Shown one piece after another: positions 63,655 through 64,000 of a stretch of 64,000 nucleotides of DNA. Position 1 is the stretch's first letter. Every line of letters begins with the position of its first letter. The position numbers and the translations under genes were made by a program. This stretch comes from Dicyema japonicum (lineage: Eukaryota; Animalia; Dicyemida), in the NCBI GenBank assembly GCA_011109175.1, contig RDEW01000017.1, positions 1,092,671 through 1,156,670 of the forward strand, given 5' to 3'. Under the pieces are notes generated by a model. That model saw nothing but the letters and a program-made list of their open reading frames with translations, did no database searches and was not told the DNA's origin.

Positions 63655-64000
63655 CCTCAATTAACAATCATTAAATTAAAATTTTTGTGGTTATGCTTTT
63701 GATTTTTTGTTATAAATTTTACAAGTTTTTTTCACAGAGACCATTGTAAAATCTCAAGAAAACATAGCTTGAGCGAGATTGCATATAATACAGAGGACAC
63801 TGAAGTGAGACTACACATATACATTAGTAAAATCTGTGATGTTGCACACCGTGAGTACGTGGGCCTGCACGGAGACAGAGTCAGAAAAATCGACTCTTTT
63901 AACTGCATACAACTGAGACAAACATTGTCCTGTCGAATATGCTCCAACCAAAATAGTAAACAGAACTGTGCACGGAAGCAAAGCTAGCGTGGATATGGAT

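Noticed and set aside
63732-63987. Short ORFs at the window end and the many antisense ORFs in the track
   Set aside because: They have no recognisable motifs. Most are shadows of real genes or TEs on the opposite strand.

Overview
This is an AT-rich eukaryotic, almost certainly metazoan, nuclear window, probably from a reduced parasite such as a dicyemid or myxozoan (inference only). It holds about 14 protein-coding genes: a type-1 ferlin, AKAP17A, an unknown Ser/Lys-rich gene, WASP, UBE2K, REC8, SPCA/ATP2C1, NDUFS7, a highly derived G-alpha, a KAT7-like MYST acetyltransferase, WDR70, Mi-2/CHD and aldolase. By hand parsing, these genes are split by well over 100 ultra-short introns, nearly all 20-29 nt, which is why the ORF track is fragmented. 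The intergenic space is filled with decayed non-LTR retrotransposons (RTE, RTE-X-like, Jockey/I-like, CRE-like), hAT remnants and two apparently new SINE families that each share a 3' tail with a local LINE. The main signals are: (1) an apparently length-defined mini-intron splicing system with 2-3 introns that appear to use TG instead of AG as acceptor, one GC-AG intron, and many stop-free 24-nt introns; (2) a fresh intron gain by tandem duplication in KAT7; (3) SINE-LINE partnerships; (4) a G-alpha lacking its catalytic residues; (5) a CRIB-less WASP with a 20-aa repeat array; (6) meiotic REC8. Scattered 1-bp frameshifts, mostly at base runs, look like long-read consensus errors. All gene models are manual; no database searches were run.
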